A stretch of 35,774 nt of DNA, taken from IMG/VR virus record IMGVR_UViG_2534681674_000025; one strand, written 5' to 3'. Source of the DNA: a virus. Lineage: Duplodnaviria > Heunggongvirae > Uroviricota > Caudoviricetes. This document shows, piece after piece, positions 1 to 7,926 of the stretch (position 1 is the first letter of the stretch; each line of letters starts with the position of its first letter). Below the pieces are notes generated by a model that was not told the origin of the DNA, did not search any database, and saw only the letters and a program-made list of their open reading frames with translations. Position numbers and translations under genes: made by a program.

Positions 1-1002
1 TTACCCTCTATTGTCAAAAGGGTTCAATTCAACAGCAGCCTCTAAATGACCTGGAGCAAAATGCGCATAACGCATAGTCATTTTTATATCGCTATGCCCC
101 AGTATTTTTTGCAACACAAGAATATTTCCGCCCCGCATCATAAAATGACTGGCAAACGTGTGACGTAGCACATGAGTTAATTGCCCATCAGGAAGCTCGA
201 TCTTCGCTCTCTTAATTGCAGCGTCAAAAGCCTCATAACATGGTGAAAATAGCGCTCCTCGTTTTTTAGGAAGCATAGCCTGCAATTGAGGTGAAATCGG
301 TACAGTGCGGTTCTTCTTTCCTTTAGTTTTAACAAATGTGATTCGACCGGGCAGTACTTGAGATTGCTTTAATCCTTCTGCTTCACTCCACCGAGCACCC
401 GTCGCAAGCCCAATACGGACAACAACCCCCAAATCTTTATTCCGTGACTCATCACACGCAATCAGAAGGCGTTCAATCTCATCTACATACAGAAACGCCA
501 GTTCCTTTTCTTCCTCACGAAACTTGCGAATACCAGTCAGGGGGTTTTCACCAGACCACTCCCCAAGGCGCTTCAGTTCGGCAAAAACAGCATGTAGATA
601 TGACTGCTCGCGATTAACGGTTGCTTCACTAAGTTTTTTCTTCCCCTTGGGATTCCATTCTCCTGATAGCCTTCTTTCCCGATAAGTAGCAAACATATTT
701 TTGTCAAACTGAGAAGCAAATGGATCTCCCAGCCTGGAACAAATCGCCTCAAGTTTGACTTTGCGCTCTGCACCAGAGGACAAGGTTTTACCGTACATCT
801 CAAACCAACGAGCAATCAACTCAGAAAGACGAGGACCAGAACCATCTTGAAACTCGTCTCCAACTCTACTATTCATTAAACGGCGCTCATAAGAGAGCGC
901 CTCACTTTTTGTCGCAAACTGTTTACGAATGCGTTTTCCCGATGCCCCGTAGGGATAACATTCGCAAAGCCATTTACCTGATGGAATCTTACGAACCGAC
1001 AT
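1..1002 (-). CDS. int: Tyrosine recombinase / phage integrase (333 aa)
   Basis: C-terminal catalytic region HVLRHTFASHFMMRGG...LGHSDIKMTMRYAHF with the R..H..R..Y signature of tyrosine recombinases; sits at the prophage edge next to the repressor region as in P2. Confidence 0.93.
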   Translation of the reverse strand: MSVRKIPSGKWLCECYPYGASGKRIRKQFATKSEALSYERRLMNSRVGDEFQDGSGPRLSELIARWFEMYGKTLSSGAERKVKLEAICSRLGDPFASQFDKNMFATYRERRLSGEWNPKGKKKLSEATVNREQSYLHAVFAELKRLGEWSGENPLTGIRKFREEEKELAFLYVDEIERLLIACDESRNKDLGVVVRIGLATGARWSEAEGLKQSQVLPGRITFVKTKGKKNRTVPISPQLQAMLPKKRGALFSPCYEAFDAAIKRAKIELPDGQLTHVLRHTFASHFMMRGGNILVLQKILGHSDIKMTMRYAHFAPGHLEAAVELNPFDNRG

Positions 1003-1007
1003 TTTAG

Positions 1008-1355
1008 TTACTTATCACATAAATCAAATGCAGCCTTAGTGACATCCCCCAGACTCTTTTTTAACCCTGGGGCGGCATCATTATCTAGCCAAAATGGATT
1101 ATTGTTATCTAACGGTAACGCACCAAATGTTTTACCTTTTATTCGAGCCAAACCTGTAAGTGCATATAACTTATTATCGTCAAAATTCATCACATAAGGA
1201 TTACCATCAAGACACTGTAATTGAACCTCATCAGTATTAAATGGCCATACCCCATTGAAACTCTCACGTTCAATAGTTTTAAAAGGCATTGCGACGGCGG
1301 AAAAAGAAAACATAGATAAAAAAGTAACTAATAGTTGAACCTTTTTTACTTTCAT
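1008..1355 (-). CDS. Secreted periplasmic protein, DUF2511/YebY-like (115 aa), cargo
   Basis: N-terminal signal peptide (MKVKKVQLLVTFLSMFSFSAVA), two conserved Cys, DNNNP motif recalled from YebY-like proteins; RBS GAGGTAA upstream; local AT-rich composition. Confidence 0.6.
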   Translation of the reverse strand: MKVKKVQLLVTFLSMFSFSAVAMPFKTIERESFNGVWPFNTDEVQLQCLDGNPYVMNFDDNKLYALTGLARIKGKTFGALPLDNNNPFWLDNDAAPGLKKSLGDVTKAAFDLCDK

Positions 1356-1384
1356 ATCATTACCTCAATTTAGCTCAAGTAAGA

Positions 1385-2035
1385 TTACAAATTAAAAAAC
1401 GCCCTAGAAATGACACCGCCTACCAAAACCCCTACGCAGATAAAGAATATTATTTCTTTTGGATAAAGTCGGATTAATTCTGAAGCACGAAGTCGGACTT
1501 CTGGTAAGGTCGAACTCTCTGTGTGGCTTGATGCCGATTGTTGCTCTAACCACGACAATGCAGACTGTAACTGAGAACGAGTAAGATCGTTTAAACGTCC
1601 TGTACCGAAATTGATATGGCAATACCGCAGAAGTTTTTGTCGAAGTCCACAGTCTTCACTGTTACGTAGTAATAAACTTACAAGAGCCTTACAGGCATCA
1701 TGATCTTTACATCGCTCAAGCATTGCATGCAGAAAACTCTCCGCTGTTTTATATTGATTTACTGTCATATCATCAATACCAGCTACACCAATCTCCGCAT
1801 GTACTTTTTGCCAAATAATAAACGCTTCAGTATTGCTAGCTTCTGCAATAGCAGCAACCAAGCTATTTAGCTCCTTACGCTGAGCCTTAAGCAAAGGGCG
1901 ATCGTCATCATCATTATTCGAAGGGATTGCGATATTGACGGTCTGAGAACCATCATATCGCTCTATCTGAATATTCTTTTCGTGAAAATCACGCCCAGCA
2001 ACGCGATTGTTTGAACCGTTTGAGTTGACGGCCAT
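1385..2035 (-). CDS. Hypothetical C-terminally membrane-anchored protein (216 aa), cargo
   Basis: Complete ORF 15 bp downstream of the repressor gene; single C-terminal hydrophobic helix (IIFFICVGVLVGGVISRAFF); N-terminus shares the motif NNR[IV]AGRD[FY] with the repressor C-terminus. Confidence 0.7.
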   Translation of the reverse strand: MAVNSNGSNNRVAGRDFHEKNIQIERYDGSQTVNIAIPSNNDDDDRPLLKAQRKELNSLVAAIAEASNTEAFIIWQKVHAEIGVAGIDDMTVNQYKTAESFLHAMLERCKDHDACKALVSLLLRNSEDCGLRQKLLRYCHINFGTGRLNDLTRSQLQSALSWLEQQSASSHTESSTLPEVRLRASELIRLYPKEIIFFICVGVLVGGVISRAFFNL

Positions 2036-2050
2036 GTCACCTCCCTACTA

Positions 2051-2455
2051 TCACCTACCCTTAGTTTCGTTATAGTCACGACCAGCGATACGGTTATTAC
2101 CACCAGAAATATTTAACTCACGTCCTGATGGCTGAGTTTCCTTTTCACTGATCGCACCTTTTAAAGCCCCAATCACCGCATTTTTCACATCTAACGAAGC
2201 TGCTCGAAAGCGAGTAATCAACTCCTGCTCATCATCGTTATAAGTTTCAGGTGAGTGAATTCCCAACACAACATACTGAACATCAAGGCCAAAACGAGAC
2301 AGCGCTGCCAAATACGCAGCATCAGGAAAGCTATCTCCTTTCTCATATCTAAGCTGAGTTAGCTTTTTGACTCCACCAATGTCGCTCATGGCAACTTGAC
2401 TAAGTCCCAATCTTTCCCTTTCCTCACGCAACCGCTGACCAATATCATTTTTCAT
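2051..2455 (-). CDS. XRE-family helix-turn-helix immunity repressor (C / CI analogue, 134 aa)
   Basis: N-terminal HTH (QRLREERERLGLSQVAMSDIGGVKKLTQLRYEKG); divergent from the early operon across a promoter/operator region, as P2 C is from cox. Confidence 0.85.
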   Translation of the reverse strand: MKNDIGQRLREERERLGLSQVAMSDIGGVKKLTQLRYEKGDSFPDAAYLAALSRFGLDVQYVVLGIHSPETYNDDEQELITRFRAASLDVKNAVIGALKGAISEKETQPSGRELNISGGNNRIAGRDYNETKGR

Positions 2456-2530
2456 ACAAAAACCTTGACAGGTATCTTTTTTGATACCAAAATGATTTCA
2501 CGAGCTATTAGATGATCACAATATACCACT
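2456..2530. promoter_or_regulatory. Divergent early promoter/operator region (lysis-lysogeny switch)
   Basis: TTGACA (2465-2470) followed 17 nt later by CAAAAT (2488-2493) on +; perfect inverted repeat GGTATC-N6-GATACC (2471-2488) overlapping the spacer, a likely operator. Confidence 0.45.
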
Positions 2531-2737
2531 ATGAAACAAGTTCTTCACGATACCAGATCACGCATTCCGCGTAACACCGCCACAGGTCCAAGACTGGCAC
2601 TTCGGCTGTCCCTCGAGGAGCGAGCCGTCATTGATGAAATGGCAGCTAAAGAACAACGCTCATCCTCTAACATGGCGCGCATGATCTTCCTTCGCGGCCT
2701 AGAGCTAACCCAGAAAGAACAAAACAAATCTTCCTGA
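2531..2737 (+). CDS. Small ribbon-helix-helix-like DNA-binding protein (68 aa), first gene of early operon
   Basis: RLALRLSLEERAVIDEMAAKEQRSSSNMARMIFLRGL fits a beta-strand/helix/helix RHH pattern; position equivalent to a Cro/Cox-type early regulator. Confidence 0.55.
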   Translation: MKQVLHDTRSRIPRNTATGPRLALRLSLEERAVIDEMAAKEQRSSSNMARMIFLRGLELTQKEQNKSS

Positions 2738-2753
2738 TCAGGAGGCTAGTGGG

Positions 2754-2957
2754 ATGTCAGGTATAACCATCAATATCAATGTGAATGCCCCCTATGTATC
2801 CCTGCAGAAATATGCAGAGATAACAGGTATCCCTCTTAATACATGCAAAAAGATGTTGGCTGACGGTCGAATTATTATCCGACCCAAACGCGCCAAAATG
2901 GAAAAGCCTGAAGTAAACCTTGTGGCGATGTTAAAAGACGCTTTGGCTAACAGCTAA
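2754..2957 (+). CDS. Cox/Apl-like HTH excisionase-regulator (67 aa)
   Basis: YVSLQKYAEITGIPLNTCKKMLADGRI resembles the P2 Cox HTH region as recalled; RBS GGAGG before the ATG. Confidence 0.55.
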   Translation: MSGITININVNAPYVSLQKYAEITGIPLNTCKKMLADGRIIIRPKRAKMEKPEVNLVAMLKDALANS

Positions 2958-2978
2958 AACAATGAACAGAGCACCATC

Positions 2979-3329
2979 ATGAAAAAAAACGCTAATAATC
3001 CATACTCCAAATTTCGTAATGGCGTAGAACGCCATGTACACCACGTCGCTACCAGTGCATCACGTAGTAACAGTCGCTATAACCTGAACGAGACGCACGC
3101 AACACCGGATGGCCACGCTGTAAAACAAATCGGCGAGCATGCCTGGCTGATTGAGAAAGCTGGAATCGTGGTCCACAAATGCCCACGCAATCCGTTTACC
3201 GGAAACCGCATTTTTGCATTGAACTGCGGCGACAATCACTTCGGGCAGGATTTCACATTATACGAAGCACTTCGCACGGTTGATCGTCTGCTTCGCGGGC
3301 AAAGTTTTATTAAACAGGCTGATTTATAA
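2979..3329 (+). CDS. Hypothetical early-operon protein (116 aa)
   Basis: ORF in operon context; no recognisable motif. Confidence 0.55.
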   Translation: MKKNANNPYSKFRNGVERHVHHVATSASRSNSRYNLNETHATPDGHAVKQIGEHAWLIEKAGIVVHKCPRNPFTGNRIFALNCGDNHFGQDFTLYEALRTVDRLLRGQSFIKQADL

Positions 3330-3339
3330 CAGGTGCTTT

Positions 3340-3618
3340 ATGACCAAAGAGCATGCACAAGGTGTATTTATCCGTTTTATTGATTTTCGCGGTGAACTGT
3401 TATTACGCGCATCAGCCATTGACGTAGTTGTTCCATCCGAAAAAAACGCAGCTACTTACGTTTATCTGAACGGTACGCGCCTGACTGTGGAGCTTCCGTA
3501 CCAGACCGTACGAGAAATCATTAGCGAAGCTGAAAAGGCACGTCAGGTTAATGGCGATGAACCCTATATCGAAATTATTTGTATGGATTCAGAAGCTGAA
3601 ATTCAGAAAGCAGATTAA
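3340..3618 (+). CDS. Hypothetical early-operon protein (92 aa)
   Basis: ATG at 3340 within the 3280-3618 ORF, directly after the preceding gene. Confidence 0.55.
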   Translation: MTKEHAQGVFIRFIDFRGELLLRASAIDVVVPSEKNAATYVYLNGTRLTVELPYQTVREIISEAEKARQVNGDEPYIEIICMDSEAEIQKAD

Positions 3619-3629
3619 AGGGCGTTGTG

Positions 3630-3872
3630 ATGGGCAAAGAATATAAAACTCTCATTAACAAAGCACTTGAGCGTTTTTATTTTCGCTTAAGTGCATCAGG
3701 CGCTCATGCTGAACGTGCGGCCCGTGACTCATTGACCAGAGCAATCCGAAGTCTGTATGACGTGGCTTTTTACGCTGATGATCTGGATGCACTTAACGAA
3801 CTTTCCGAGCTGATCTATGCCGCAGAATGCGGGGAACATATTGAACCGTATAAGCTGGGAAATATCGCATGA
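3630..3872 (+). CDS. Hypothetical early-operon protein (80 aa)
   Basis: ORF with AAAGGG RBS; stop overlaps the next start (ATGA). Confidence 0.5.
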   Translation: MGKEYKTLINKALERFYFRLSASGAHAERAARDSLTRAIRSLYDVAFYADDLDALNELSELIYAAECGEHIEPYKLGNIA

Positions 3873-3982
3873 GTATATTTATCTCATGGCTTGTTCTGAT
3901 TATTTCGGTGGTCTGCGCCATTGGGATTATGCGAATTATTAATTCAGTAAAAAAGATTGAACGCTTTTTCACTGAAGAATAA
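3869..3982 (+). CDS. Small hydrophobic single-helix peptide (37 aa: MSIFISWLVLIISVVCAIGIMRIINSVKKIERFFTEE)
   Basis: Translationally coupled ATGA overlap with the upstream gene; one predicted transmembrane helix; below the ORF-track size cut-off, read from the sequence. Confidence 0.4.
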   Translation: MSIFISWLVLIISVVCAIGIMRIINSVKKIERFFTEE

Positions 3983-4068
3983 CCGCGCAAATAAGACCCC
4001 AGGTTAAATAAGAAAATGTGAAAACAATCCGCATTCGCGGAGGTATTCGCACACGCCAAGGAGGCGTA

Positions 4069-4272
4069 ATGGCAATTAAGCATTTTCCCGTCGTTCGTTT
4101 CACCTCCAAAGGACGTGAATACGAAGTTGACGAACGCCTGATTACCACAATCGACAAACACCGTTCAGAAAAGGATGCATATCACATCTATCTCACTGAC
4201 GGCACTTACTTTTGCGCCACCAACGTGGTGCAGGTAAATCTTATCAGACAGGTACAGGAGTCACGCAGATGA
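4069..4272 (+). CDS. Hypothetical early-operon protein (67 aa)
   Basis: AAGGAGG RBS upstream of ATG 4069; stop overlaps the next start. Confidence 0.5.
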   Translation: MAIKHFPVVRFTSKGREYEVDERLITTIDKHRSEKDAYHIYLTDGTYFCATNVVQVNLIRQVQESRR

Positions 4273-4514
4273 CCATTCTGGACTACATCGCTGCCAATCC
4301 GGGTTGTAGCGGTGGAGAAATCGCCGCAGCACTGAATACACCAACCACAACCATTAATGCGGAGCTACGCCGTCTCTGGCGCAGCGGTTCAGTCATAAGA
4401 AAAGAGCGCAAAACAGGCGGTCGCTTTTCTTATCAGGTAAACCCGATGCCGTTTGGGTGTAGCAACCCACTAACCCAGATGTTCAACCAGCTACTGAGGG
4501 AAATCAGAGCATGA
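4269..4514 (+). CDS. Small winged-helix-like DNA-binding protein (81 aa)
   Basis: MTILDYIAANPGCSGGEIAAALNTPTTTINAELRRLWRSGSV resembles a wHTH recognition module; ATGA overlap with the upstream gene. Confidence 0.55.
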   Translation: MTILDYIAANPGCSGGEIAAALNTPTTTINAELRRLWRSGSVIRKERKTGGRFSYQVNPMPFGCSNPLTQMFNQLLREIRA

Positions 4515-4655
4515 GCACCTCCAACTGCCGGAAACCACGTCGGGCTTCAGCAGCTCATCCGGCAGCAAAACAAACTCCATTAATTCCTGTTCCGGGTCTT
4601 TCCTGCACCTTGTGGCGGGAGGCCTTCGCACATCTGTAACAAGAGGATTGCCGCA

Positions 4656-5021
4656 ATGATTCTCGCCAACGACTTTCTTGAATACCTGCTCAACACAGAG
4701 CGTGATCTTGCCGTTCGCGTGCGTGAACGTTATGACATGTACCTGAAATCCCTGCCTGTACCGCAGCTCGCTGACGGAAAGATTGTTATTGATGGTCGCT
4801 ACATGATTGACAGCCACGAGGGAAATTACAGGCTTTACCGCATTGAAGGTGGCACCCCGTCCGTTATTGGCATTTACCAGCGCCCATCCTCTGCAATCGT
4901 CAATGTGATTGCCGACAGCATCCGCATCACACATCGCCATGCCGACACAGAAGACACCGTGCTGGAAATTCAGCGGCTGGCTACAGTCTGCCGCGACACC
5001 CTGAATGGCATGACGAAGTAA
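4656..5021 (+). CDS. Hypothetical protein upstream of A (121 aa)
   Basis: ORF immediately preceding the replication gene; no recognisable motif. Confidence 0.55.
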   Translation: MILANDFLEYLLNTERDLAVRVRERYDMYLKSLPVPQLADGKIVIDGRYMIDSHEGNYRLYRIEGGTPSVIGIYQRPSSAIVNVIADSIRITHRHADTEDTVLEIQRLATVCRDTLNGMTK

Positions 5022-5027
5022 ATCACT

Positions 5028-7850
5028 ATGACGGCAGAGTACATCAGGGACTGGCAACAACCGCGCCACGCAGTGGGGCGTGAAGGAACGGGGATCCCCG
5101 CTCCTGAATCCGCGCTTTCCTCCTGGCTGGATGCCTACCGGGCAGAGAACGAGCGCCGCCAGGAAATGGCTGATGCGGCGTTCTCCGCCACGCCGCTGGG
5201 CAACCTGATTAATAAAAGCCTGGACGCACAGGAAAAACAGGACAAAACAATCACACTGGCAGGAGACGCCAGAAAACAGGCACGCGGCGCGGTAGATGAG
5301 GCCATGGCCTCACTGCGCCTGCTGCCGTCCTATCTGCGCGATCCGCTTATTCGCCACCTCTCCTTCCTGCGCAAAAAACAGGAAGCCGATCGTCAGAAAG
5401 GAAAAAACGCCAGGCAGGCAGAACGCTATGCGCGTGGGACCCTGCGCAAAATATTCGAACGTCTGGAGCGCACCGATCACCGCTGGCTGACATCGGGTTA
5501 TCGCTCCCTTGCCGGACGTGAACGCCTGGACGATTTGCTTTACCTGCCGCAACTCAACAAACACCAGATACAGACGCTGGCCACCATGACGGCGGCGATG
5601 TTCAGCAGCACCTTCGAAAAACTCTGCGATGGTTTTGGCGCGACTGATGGCGAGCTGACCATGGATGTAACGCTGAAGGCGTATCAGATGCTGGCCCGCA
5701 TGGCGTTACACTTACACGCCATGCCTCCGCATTATGACGCACTGACAACAGACAAAGACCGGAGGCACGAACCGGACACAGAACTGCTGCCGGGCGCAAT
5801 CCTTCGCCTGACCTGTGCGGAATGGTGGAAACGCAAACTGTGGCTGTTACGTTGCGAGTGGAGAGAAGAACAACTCCGCGCCGCCTGTCTGGTTTCCAGA
5901 AAAACATCGCCCTATCTGAGCCAGGACGCGTTAAGCGAGTTTCGCGCACAGCGCGAGAAAACACGCGATTTCCTGAAAAGTTTCATGCTGGAAAATGAAG
6001 ACGGGTTCACGATTGATCTCGAGACGGTGTATTACGCGGGAGTAAGTAACCCGGTTCACCGTAAGGCAGAAATGATGGCCACCATGAAGGGGCTGGAACT
6101 TCTGGCCGAAGCCCGTGGCGACAAAGCGGTGTTTCTGACTGTCACCTGCCCGTCAAAATACCACGCCACAACGGAGAACGGTCATCCGAATCCCAAATGG
6201 AACGGGGCCACAATGCGCGACTCCAGCGATTACCTGGTTAACACGTTTTTTGCGGCGGTCCGCAAAAAACTGAACCGCGACGACCTGCGCTGGTATGGCA
6301 TCCGCACGGTGGAGCCTCATCATGACGGCACCGTGCACTGGCATATGATGGTCTTTGCACATCCGGAAGAAATCGACACCATTGTGTCCCATACCCGCGA
6401 TATTGCCATTCAGGAAGACCGCCACGAGCTGGGCAATGATATTACTCCGCGCTTTAAGGTGGAGTATGTCGACGGCTCAAAAGGCACGCCAACCAGCTAC
6501 ATCGCCACCTACATCGGAAAGAACCTGGACAGCCGCGCCGTGGATGGCATCGACCCGAAAACGGACAAGCCACGCGTGGACCACGAAACCGGAAAATCAA
6601 TGGCCGAGAGCGTGGAACGCGCCATCGGCTGGGCGCGTCTTCACCGCGTCCGCCAGTTCCAGTTCTTTGGTATCCCCCCCCGTCAGGTATGGCGTGAACT
6701 CCGCCGCCTTGCCAGTCAGATGGCCCGCAACCCGGAAGGTCCACAACGTCTGGAAAATGACGCAATGGATACGGTACTCGCTGCCGCTGATGCCGGGTGT
6801 TTTGCCACCTACATTGAGAAACAGGGTGGCGTACTTGTTCCACGCAAAGACTACCTGATTCGCACCGCCTACGACCTCGCAGAAGAGCTGAACGATTACG
6901 GCGAGCAAAGCGTACAGATTTACGGGATCTGGTCGCCACAAATCGGGGAATCTTCCCGCGTGTGCACGCACCCGGATAACTGGAAGCTGGTAAGACGTAA
7001 ACCGGAAGCGGAAGACAGCGCCCGCGAAAATGGTTTTGACCTTCAGGGCGGCCCTGCCGCCCCTTGGACTCGTGGCAATAACTGTCCCCGTGTACAGGAA
7101 ACGGACAACAACGGGACAGAACAGCCGGAAGAACGGCCAGCACCGTGGCCGCAGCTCCCTGACGGCGTTGAAGTGAACGAATGGATGCGCTCACTGAAAC
7201 GGCACGAACGCCGGGCGCTGATGCGTTCGCTTCGTGACAAACAGGCAAAAAACAGCAGTGATGAAGCGCAGAGCTGGACACAGAGCCGCAAACAGCAGCG
7301 GCCTTTGCCTGATAACCACGAATTACTCGCTAAAGAATGGCGGGAGTCTGCTGAATCTCTCGGCCTGCATATCGGTGAACAACAGATGCAGCACCTGTTA
7401 CGGGGCGGCAGTCTGTACGTTGACGGCAGCATCATTGCACCGCAGGGATTTGAAATTGTACGCAAACCGGATACCCGCCTGGACAGCCGAATCACGCAGC
7501 TCTGGCAGCGCCTGAGCCGTAATCATGGCGTAAGCAGCACGGAGATCCGCCATAACCCGGTCGCCAGCTATCTGGCACAGCTGGGGGCATCAGACCCTGA
7601 AGCCGCCGCACGCCTGGCATCCACACTTCAGCAGGACCAGAACACCATGAAAACACCCGTTACCGTGCTTTCTGACATGCTGCGCGCCATCCGCGACGCA
7701 GAGCACGCACAGAGAATCAGTGAAACCACTGAACGCGCCAGCCGCAAAGCAGACCTGCTGCGGGGTGGCCTGACCAGTGGAAACAAAAAACAGACAGAAA
7801 CGGGACTCACAAATCCCGTAAATGAGCAAAAAACGCGCCGCGATATATGA
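5028..7850 (+). CDS. A: Rolling-circle replication initiator endonuclease (P2 gpA family, 940 aa)
   Basis: Large protein at the end of the early operon with an HWHMMVF HUH-type motif typical of the phage GPA family; longer than P2 A (about 760 aa as recalled). Confidence 0.85.
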   Translation: MTAEYIRDWQQPRHAVGREGTGIPAPESALSSWLDAYRAENERRQEMADAAFSATPLGNLINKSLDAQEKQDKTITLAGDARKQARGAVDEAMASLRLLPSYLRDPLIRHLSFLRKKQEADRQKGKNARQAERYARGTLRKIFERLERTDHRWLTSGYRSLAGRERLDDLLYLPQLNKHQIQTLATMTAAMFSSTFEKLCDGFGATDGELTMDVTLKAYQMLARMALHLHAMPPHYDALTTDKDRRHEPDTELLPGAILRLTCAEWWKRKLWLLRCEWREEQLRAACLVSRKTSPYLSQDALSEFRAQREKTRDFLKSFMLENEDGFTIDLETVYYAGVSNPVHRKAEMMATMKGLELLAEARGDKAVFLTVTCPSKYHATTENGHPNPKWNGATMRDSSDYLVNTFFAAVRKKLNRDDLRWYGIRTVEPHHDGTVHWHMMVFAHPEEIDTIVSHTRDIAIQEDRHELGNDITPRFKVEYVDGSKGTPTSYIATYIGKNLDSRAVDGIDPKTDKPRVDHETGKSMAESVERAIGWARLHRVRQFQFFGIPPRQVWRELRRLASQMARNPEGPQRLENDAMDTVLAAADAGCFATYIEKQGGVLVPRKDYLIRTAYDLAEELNDYGEQSVQIYGIWSPQIGESSRVCTHPDNWKLVRRKPEAEDSARENGFDLQGGPAAPWTRGNNCPRVQETDNNGTEQPEERPAPWPQLPDGVEVNEWMRSLKRHERRALMRSLRDKQAKNSSDEAQSWTQSRKQQRPLPDNHELLAKEWRESAESLGLHIGEQQMQHLLRGGSLYVDGSIIAPQGFEIVRKPDTRLDSRITQLWQRLSRNHGVSSTEIRHNPVASYLAQLGASDPEAAARLASTLQQDQNTMKTPVTVLSDMLRAIRDAEHAQRISETTERASRKADLLRGGLTSGNKKQTETGLTNPVNEQKTRRDI

Positions 7851-7926
7851 AGCGCGCACAAAACAGGCAAAAGCGGGATTTCAGAATCCTGTAACCGATT
7901 AATTAATCAACATAAGGAAAAGCGAC

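Noticed and set aside
4491-5069. 192-aa minus-strand ORF overlapping the early operon
   Set aside because: Opposite to a co-directional set of early genes with good RBSs; no start context; likely spurious.
6454-7281. Long antisense ORFs (275 aa, 150 aa, 124 aa and others) inside replication gene A
   Set aside because: Arg/Cys/Pro-rich low-complexity translations typical of chance open frames on the opposite strand of a GC-rich gene; no RBS; the sense-strand gene has clear family motifs.
7851-7926. Iteron-type centromere with many tandem direct repeats upstream of parM
   Set aside because: The intergenic region is only 76 bp and shows no tandem iteron series; only the two diverged palindromic motifs reported separately.
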